Positions 56,787-64,000 of a stretch of DNA of 64,000 nucleotides are shown here, one piece after another. Position numbers and translations under genes: made by a program. Source of the stretch: Planktothrix sp. GU0601_MAG3 (GTDB lineage Bacteria; Cyanobacteriota; Cyanobacteriia; Cyanobacteriales; Microcoleaceae); contig CP136572.1 in the NCBI GenBank assembly GCA_035193785.1, positions 1,684,578 through 1,748,577 of the forward strand. The letters run 5' to 3'. Under the pieces are notes generated by a model, which searched no databases, was not told where the DNA came from, and was given only the letters and a program-made list of their open reading frames with translations. The stretch's first letter is position 1. The number at the start of each line of letters is the position of its first letter.

Positions 56787-56950
56787 AACCGTAGTGAGGC
56801 GTTCACGCCTCTCAGAGAGTCCTAAGAGAGTCCTAAGAGAGTCCTAAAGGACTCACTACGTCGGCCTTCGTTAAAACCGTAGTGAGGCGTTCACGCCTCT
56901 CAGAGAGTCCTAAGAGAGTCCTAAAGGACTCACTACGTCGGCCTTCGTTA
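56781..56950. repeat. BIME-like tandem of two GTAG...CTAC palindromic units with an internal 11-bp repeat
   Basis: Units start at 56791 and 56879; agagagtccta occurs 3 times in the first and 2 times in the second. Confidence 0.85.
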
Positions 56951-56963
56951 ACAAAATTAGGGT

Positions 56964-58055
56964 CTACAAAGGCAAAATTACCGTAAATATTGTTCCCTCT
57001 CCCGGTTCACTTTTAACTGTAATTTCACCTTGGTGTAAATCAACAGCTTGTTTAACAATTGATAATCCTAAACCCGTCCCTTTAATATTTCCTACGTTAC
57101 TAGCCCGTTCAAATTGTTGAAATAGTTTATTTTGATAATCTATCGGTAAACCAATTCCTTGATCAGCAACTTCACACCGGACAAATTGACCCTCTTGGTG
57201 AATTGTCAGGCTGACTGTACCGCCATCAGGAGAATATTTGATCGCATTAGATAACAAATTTAATAAAATATGACGCAGCAAACTTTTATCTAAATTTCCC
57301 GGAATAACTGCTGGGGAAGTTATCAATATCAGGGGATTTTGAGTATTGGCAATGGGTTTGATTTCCTCGATAATGGCTTGACAAAATTCAACGATTTCTA
57401 TGGGTTCAGGACTAAAGATTAGTTTCCTAGATTCAGCCTGACTTAATATTAACAAATCTTCTAAAAGATTGTTCATATTATGCACCGAGTTTTGAATCCT
57501 ATCGAAATGTTTTTGCTTTTTGTCTTCCGGCCATTTTTCACTATAATCCTTCAACATTCCGGCGGAGATTTGAATTGCTGCTAATGGGGTTTTTAAATCA
57601 TGGGAAGCAATGGAGAAAAACCGCGATTTATCATCATTAACCGATTGGGCTTCTTCCAAAGACCGCTGCATTTCTAAGGAGGCTTGATGTTTTTTTAAGG
57701 CAATTTTAATCGAGGCATGAACTTCTCGCTCCTTAAATGGTTTCAGAATATATCCATAGGATGCCGTTTTTTCAGCCCGTTCTAGGGTTTCATCATCGGC
57801 ATAAGCTGTGACATAAATCACCGGAATATTAAACTTTTCTTGAATAAGTTTTGCCGTTTCAATTCCATCTAAATCCCCCTTAATTACAATATCCATTAAA
57901 ATTAAATCCGGTTGGGTTTCTGCTACTTTTTGTAATGCCGATACACTAGAAGATGCAATGCCCACCACCACATATTCCAGTTTTTCTAATTTTCTGGCTA
58001 ATCCTTTGGCAATGATCAATTCATCTTCGACAATTAAAATTTTAATTGCTGCCAT
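56964..58055 (-). CDS. Hybrid receiver-histidine kinase
   Basis: [34 protein letters not shown]. Confidence 0.92.
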   Translation of the reverse strand: MAAIKILIVEDELIIAKGLARKLEKLEYVVVGIASSSVSALQKVAETQPDLILMDIVIKGDLDGIETAKLIQEKFNIPVIYVTAYADDETLERAEKTASYGYILKPFKEREVHASIKIALKKHQASLEMQRSLEEAQSVNDDKSRFFSIASHDLKTPLAAIQISAGMLKDYSEKWPEDKKQKHFDRIQNSVHNMNNLLEDLLILSQAESRKLIFSPEPIEIVEFCQAIIEEIKPIANTQNPLILITSPAVIPGNLDKSLLRHILLNLLSNAIKYSPDGGTVSLTIHQEGQFVRCEVADQGIGLPIDYQNKLFQQFERASNVGNIKGTGLGLSIVKQAVDLHQGEITVKSEPGEGTIFTVILPL

Positions 58056-58072
58056 TTTTTTAGTCCTTTCAT

Positions 58073-58216
58073 TAAGTAGTTACACAAAATAAATTACCTA
58101 GTTGAGAGAGGGAACAGGCTGCGTCGTGAGACGTGAGCCTGTCGAACGGTCGAACGGTCGAACGAGAACACCGGATCTGGGTAGAAGATTTGTAATTAAT
58201 TTTGTTTAGGTACTTA
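58073..58216. mobile_element. MITE-like element with about 25-bp imperfect terminal inverted repeats
   Basis: taagtagttacacaaaataaattac ... gtaattaattttgtttaggtactta; internal (gtcgaacg)x3; no ORF. Confidence 0.6.
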
Positions 58217-58319
58217 TTCACTATGTTAACATTTTTTTTATCTGATTAAGCTTGGCTGTATACAGATAACCTATTGGTGCGTGGGATAAGCTATCTACGC
58301 ACCCAATAATTGCTGCTGA

Positions 58320-61300
58320 TTAAAACCGATATCGATATTGGAGTTCGGAAAAACTAACGGTAAATAAGGTTCCGTTTTCTAGGTTTAGGGTGACAGTTTC
58401 CTTCAAGTTGCTCGGTGAGGGTGCAAACCAATTCCATTCCCAAGGATTCAACATTTCTAAAGTCTACTCCGGCGGGAAAACCGATGCCATTATCTCGAAC
58501 AGTTAGAATAATTTTATCTTCCTGGTTTTGATGTAGTCCCAGATAAACAATTCCTGAGCGACCATTGGGAAAGGCGTGTTTTAAGGTATTAGATACTAAT
58601 TCATTCACAATTAAACCGCAGGGTTGAGCGGTTTCAATATTCAAACTAACGGGTTCAACATCGAGTTCAAACTCAATTTGACCAGCTTGGATATTATAGG
58701 ATTCAAATAAATTATCAATTAAATCTTCTAAATAATCTCCAAAATTAATTTTTTCTAAATTAGTTGAACGATAGAGTTTTTCATGAATTAAAGCCATGGA
58801 ATAGATTCGATTTCGGCTATCGTCCAAAACCTTAATTAATTCGGGTTCGGTGAACATATCCGATTGAAATTCTAAAAGATTAGAAACCACCAGCAAGTTA
58901 TTTTTGACCCGGTGGTGAATTTCTTTGAGTAAAACTTCTTTTTCTCGCAAGGATGTCACCAGGGTATCTTCTACTTTTTTGCGTTCAGTAATGTCTCGAT
59001 ACATCCACAAATGCCCTTGGGAGACTCCTTGAATCATAATCGGAACATAATCTCGTTCAAAAGTCCGTCCATCAACTAAAGAGAATTCTTCATTGGCGAC
59101 AACTCGCTTTCTACCCGTGACTTCCAGATTTCTAATAATAAATTGTGTGGGATCGCTAAAGAGATTTTGATATTCAAAGGACAATGCTTTGCCATCCATA
59201 CCGATCAGATGCTCGGGGGATTCTTTGATCCCAAATAAATCACAAAAGGCTTGATTAATTAATACAATTGTCTGAAATTCATCCTTGACTAAAACCCCTG
59301 ACTGTAAATTCCCAATCAATGTGCTTAATCGAGATGTAGTCGCCCACAATTGTTCTTCAATTCTTTTGCGCTCGCTAATATCAATCCAATATCCAACTAT
59401 TTCTAAAGGATTTCCTTGGGCATCGAGGATTAATTTGGCTTGATCATACATCCAAATATAGGTACCATCCTGGTGTTGAAAACGATATTCATAACTGCAA
59501 GATTTTTGCTCAAATAACGAAGATAATTGATTTTTAATTCCCCCGACATCCTCTGGATGAATATGACTTAACCAAAATCCAGGTTGAGTAAATTCGGAAA
59601 CATCATATCCTAAAATAGTTTTGATATTATCACTAATAAATGTGGTTTGACAGTCTCCCTCTGGTTTCGCACTATAAATAATTCCTGGGCTGGAAAACAG
59701 CAAATATTTTAATCGTTCTTGACTGACTAATAAAGATTGTTGAGCTAGGGATCTTTCTTTTAATTCGGTTTGTAATTGTTCATAAAGTTCAGATTGTTGA
59801 ATCGCAATGGCGAGTTGACTGGTAATTTGTTCTAGCAGGGAAATTTCCCAGGCTTCCCATTGTCGAGGTTGACTGCATTGATGGACAATTAATAAACCCC
59901 ATAGGATCTCATTTTCAATAATAGGAACCGCCAGTTTAGCTTGGACTTTAAATTGAGTTAAAAATTCAACCAAACAGGGTAAAATTTGACCATTATGAAT
60001 ATTACTAATTGAGGCAATTTTGCCTTGAATATAACTGCTATGACATTCCGAGGGAAAGACTTCTTGAGAAAAAGTTTTTTCTAAAAGGGAACACCAATCA
60101 GGACTAACGGCTTCAGAAATAACACAACCCGTATAATTATTGTAAATTCGATACACTAATACCCGGTCGGCTTTCAAAAATTGTTTAACTTCCGTCACCA
60201 TGGTTGATAAAATAGATTTCAGATCCAAAGATTCTCTAATTCGTTGGGTAATAGTGGCAATTAATCGTTCTCGAACCACTTGTTGAGCTAAACGTTCCTC
60301 GGCTAATTTATTTTCAGTAATATCATTCTGAATACCTAAATAATGGGTGAGATTTCCCCCCTGATCATAAATGGGAGAAATATTTAATTCGTTCCAAAAT
60401 AAAGATCCATCTTTCCGGTAATTTTTCAATACAACATTGCAGTTTTTTTGCTGTTTTAATGCGATTTTAATTTGCTGTAACTCGGGCTGATCATGATCCT
60501 TACCTTGAAGAAAACGGCCATTTTTCCCAATTGCTTCTTCCGCAGAATATCCAGTCACTTTTTCAAAAGCCGGGTTGACAAAAACAATGGGATTATCTGG
60601 TTGTTGAGCATCGACAATCACGATACCATTACTGCTATAGGCGATCGCTCGTTCACTCAGTCGTAATTTTTCTTCTACCTTTTTTCGTTCTGTAATATCC
60701 GTTGCGGCTCCCAAAATTTGTTTAGGTTTACCATCAGAAGTCCGAGCAAAAATTGTATCTCGACTGACCAACCAATGCCAATTTCCCTGAACATCTTTGA
60801 TCCGGTATTCAAACTCTAAAATTTCTCCCTCCTTGGCTGTGGCAATTTTCTGATAATGTTTTGCTAGGCTAATATAATCATCTGGATGAATCAATTCAGA
60901 GAGAAAATTTGAGCCTTTTTCTAAAGTTTGTTCTGGCGTATATCCTAAAATTTTAATAATTTCTCGATTCACATAAATATTGCAACTTTCCATTAAATCA
61001 TAAATATATAAAATATCAGGAATGGCATCGGTAATTCGTTGAATAAACCGTTGACTTTCTTGTAACTCTAATTCGGCTTTTTTGCGATCCGTAATATCTA
61101 ATGCCGCGCCCGTAATTCCAATAATATTTCCTTCTAAATCCCATAGAGGATCAATGGTTAAATCATAGCATTGCATATCTTCATTTATATTAGTAGTCAC
61201 CTCCTGTCGCAAACCCACTTTTGTGTTCAAAACCTGTTGTTTTAGTTGGGTGAGTTGAATCGCATTTTCCACGGGAAAAATATCAAAATCAAATTTACCA

Positions 61301-63114
61301 ATAACTGCTTCTGATTCATATCCTCCCGCCGGATTATAAATCCAAGTATAGCGTAAATCTAGGTCTTGATTGAACACAACAATAGGTGAATTTTTCAGCG
61401 TAATTTTAAATCGTTCTTCACTAAACCGGAGGGCGGCTTCCGTTTGTTTTCTTTCAATTGCCGTGGCTAAAATATTCGCCACACTTTGCAAATAATTTAC
61501 CTCATCTTCGCTGAACAGTTGATTTTTTTTACCATAAATTTCTACCTGTCCTAAGTGCTGGTAATTTTGTCCTAGAATCGGAATACAAATTCCTTTATTT
61601 AAAAAATTAAAGTTTCCATAATTAAGATCTATTGGCTCTAAAATCTGCTGATATTTGTAGCTACAAAAGAAGAAGTTAGATTTTGAATCCTCCTGATTGC
61701 CTGGGAATTTACTTCTAATTAAGGGTTGTGAAACTAGGGGTTCATGGCTGAGAAGGATATAGTTTTTTAAGGGTTCATCCCAAATTGCTAAGGTGAGAAA
61801 ATTGTCCTCTAAATCATATTCCAACACTTTGCAATATTCAACGTTTAAATTGTTGGCAATCTGAATCACCACTTGATTAATTAGGAAAACTAAATTCGTT
61901 TCTGATAGGGCTTTTTGACCTAATTCGGCGATAATCGCTTGTTGATCAGCCTTATTTTCTAATTGAGATTCTATTTTTTTTAACTCTACAACTTGGCGCT
62001 GGAGTTTTTCATTCATGAAAATCAGTTCTGTTGTCCGGTCAGCCACTCGAACTTCTAAATCTTGATTTAGGGTTTTTAACTCCGCTTCGGCTTGTTGGCG
62101 CTCTACACCAGAGGCAATAATATTAGCAACTACTTGCAAAAAATTAATTTCATCGGGGCTAAAGGTTCGTTGATCCTGAGAATGAATTCCTAACACCCCA
62201 AAGGGCTGGTTTTTTCCAGCAATTAAAACCGTTACCCCACTAATAATATGATGATTAGAAAAAAATGCCGAACTGCTAAAGCGGGTTTCGATCCGCAAAT
62301 CCTCAACGATCACGGGTTGTTTCGATAATAATGTATAGCCCGGTTGGGAATTGCAGCCATTTCCCACGGTAACTCGCCCCACGGAACGAGGAAGCCAACC
62401 TAATCCCGCCGTTAACAAAAATGTGCTGTTGTTGGGGAGTAATTCCCAAATTTGAACATATTTGATCCCCAATGTTTGTCTCACCAAGGTCACAACCTTT
62501 TTTGACAGGTGATCTAAGTTGGTTTGTGAGAGGGCATATTGACCTAATTCGGCAATCACCTGTTGTTGTTGGGCACGACGCTTGATTTCCTGTTGGGCTG
62601 TTTCGCGAATAGTGACATCTTGTACTAAAGAAAAAAGAGAAATAACTTGCCCGTTTTCATCTTTTAAAACGGAGTTATACCACTCACAATATACTAAATT
62701 CCCCTGCTTTGTGTAGTTCCGATTGCAACAGATATTCCGGTTTTCCTCACCATTGAGCAACCGCGACGAGATCGCATTTACCTGTTCTAAATCCTCTGGA
62801 TGGACAAATTCCCACTGATTCCAATGGCGACCCATCAGTTCTTCTGCCTTCCATCCAAAGATTTTTTCGGATTGGGACGACCACCATTTGACCCGAAACT
62901 GCTCATCCCACTCAATCACAGCTAAAGGAGAATTTTCGACGTGAAAGGTTAACTGTTGATGGGCTTGTTCTAATTTGGCTTCTATGGTTGCTTCTGGGTC
63001 GGAAGTTGGGGGGGTTTGGAGTTCCCGCAGGCGTTGTTGTACCCGTTGTTCAATTATTTGTTCCTGTTGGTCAAGCAGGTGTTGTCTCTTTGCTTTCCTA
63101 TTATTTTCTGTCAT
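58320..63114 (-). CDS. Multi-sensor HisKA_2-type histidine kinase (PAS, GAF, LOV-like, green/red CBCR-like GAF); apparent frameshift at 58396
   Basis: GKNGRFLQG..NYRKDG..FWN (LOV-like); EVFP..LPCLVEFL..AKLAVPI (CBCR GAF); EIHHRVKNNL; NELVSN; DNGIG. Confidence 0.9.
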
Positions 63115-63168
63115 AAATCACCAGATATTTTGGTTATTTTTCAAAGAAAAAAGAGCCATAGTTAACCG

Positions 63169-64000
63169 TCAAGCAGACAAAGGTAAATAAACGGTTACAA
63201 CGGTTTGCTGATCCTTGGGACTTTCTATGATCAGTTTACCTTGATAAAGTTCCATCAGTTTTTGGACAATGGCTAATCCTAACCCAGAACCCTGTTGTTC
63301 ATACAATTTGCGCTCAAACTGAACATGGGCTCCAATTTTAGCTATTTGTTCAGGGGTCATCTCTCGTCCAGAGTTTTTAACCGATAAAACAAATTGATTA
63401 TCTTTAACAAATCCGTTAATTTCAATCGGTTGTCCGATGGTGGAAAATTTTATGGCATTATCAACTAATTCTTCAACCAGTTTTTCTAGTCTCATTTCTG
63501 CCATGGCGATCGCCACATCTTGCAGGTTGAGAAATAAATCTGCCTCCCGTTTTTCCTCTTGAACTTGAGCCATTACTTTTGTCGTAATTACTGTTTGCGA
63601 GGAGCGGGTTTTATCCTGACGTAAGCTGGCAATTTTTTTAGGATCGGTGGCAATTAATTCTAATTCAGCATAGAGCAGAAAATTCATTGTCAACCGATAT
63701 AAACGTTTCCCAGATAGGGAAATTTGCTCGACAATTTCACGGATTTCATCAGTTTCCATGGAATCTAATTCATCGAGTAAAAGTTCCGTTGATGCCAAAA
63801 TTCCATTTAAGGGCGTTCTTAATTCATGGGGCAAGGAATGGGTAATATTACTGCGAAGTTCATCTAATTTTTGTTGGGAAAAGTCTTGAACCGAGGCTTT
63901 TTTTTCTAGTTGAGTGGCGATCGCTTTCAGCAATTCCTTGGGGGTGAAGGGTTTAATTAAATAATCATCTGCTCCCAGTTCCATTCCCTTTCGTAAGTCT
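63169..64000 (-). CDS. Hybrid receiver-histidine kinase (5' end outside window)
   Basis: GADDYLIKPF, PHELRTPL, DNAIKF, GSGLGL. Confidence 0.9.
   Translation of the reverse strand, partial: DLRKGMELGADDYLIKPFTPKELLKAIATQLEKKASVQDFSQQKLDELRSNITHSLPHELRTPLNGILASTELLLDELDSMETDEIREIVEQISLSGKRLYRLTMNFLLYAELELIATDPKKIASLRQDKTRSSQTVITTKVMAQVQEEKREADLFLNLQDVAIAMAEMRLEKLVEELVDNAIKFSTIGQPIEINGFVKDNQFVLSVKNSGREMTPEQIAKIGAHVQFERKLYEQQGSGLGLAIVQKLMELYQGKLIIESPKDQQTVVTVYLPLSA

Noticed and set aside
1190..58400. Mass pseudogenisation or programmed frameshifting of about 25 genes
   Set aside because: Breaks hit core genes (pcrA, relA/spoT, rluD), all have the same +1 at GAAC/GTTC, and paralog or repeat copies show the unshifted form; a sequencing artefact is far more likely
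4564..63190. Many short antisense or overlapping ORFs in the track (e.g. 4564-4911, 16212-16397, 26158-26496, 45303-45623, 62975-63190)
   Set aside because: Shadow frames of well-supported genes with no recognisable motifs

Overview
Chromosomal window of a filamentous cyanobacterium (Oscillatoriales/Planktothrix-like by inference: frequent HIP1 GCGATCGC, heptamer STRR tracts, cpcG, hmpF, patD, devH, tftA). It is mostly core and signalling genes (pcrA, probable 6S RNA, HtrA protease, def, three terD-family genes, cpcG, queE, relA/spoT, mtnP, cobA-hemD, UDG, rluD, two large PAS/GAF kinase clusters). An accessory island at about 12.2-20.5 kb holds a QueD-like gene, an IS200/IS605 element, a TPR-CHAT protease operon and xisH/xisI. 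Main observations: (1) every apparent single-base frameshift I traced (25 in CDSs, plus 2 in non-coding repeat copies) is repaired by removing one base from GAAAC/GTTTC to give GAAC/GTTC. This is a motif-specific error signature that suggests DNA modification at GAAC/GTTC, the known Dnd phosphorothioate motif, although no dnd genes are in the window. (2) A candidate protease conflict/defence system: a variable TPR array fused to an intact CHAT protease, a nested RBS-driven small protein, and a translationally coupled 2-TM protein. (3) Precise IS excision would restore an in-frame QueD-like::pilin-GH-like fusion. (4) A kinase pairs a Cys-less LOV domain with a CcaS/RcaE-like green/red GAF. All family calls come from motif recognition by eye; no searches were run.
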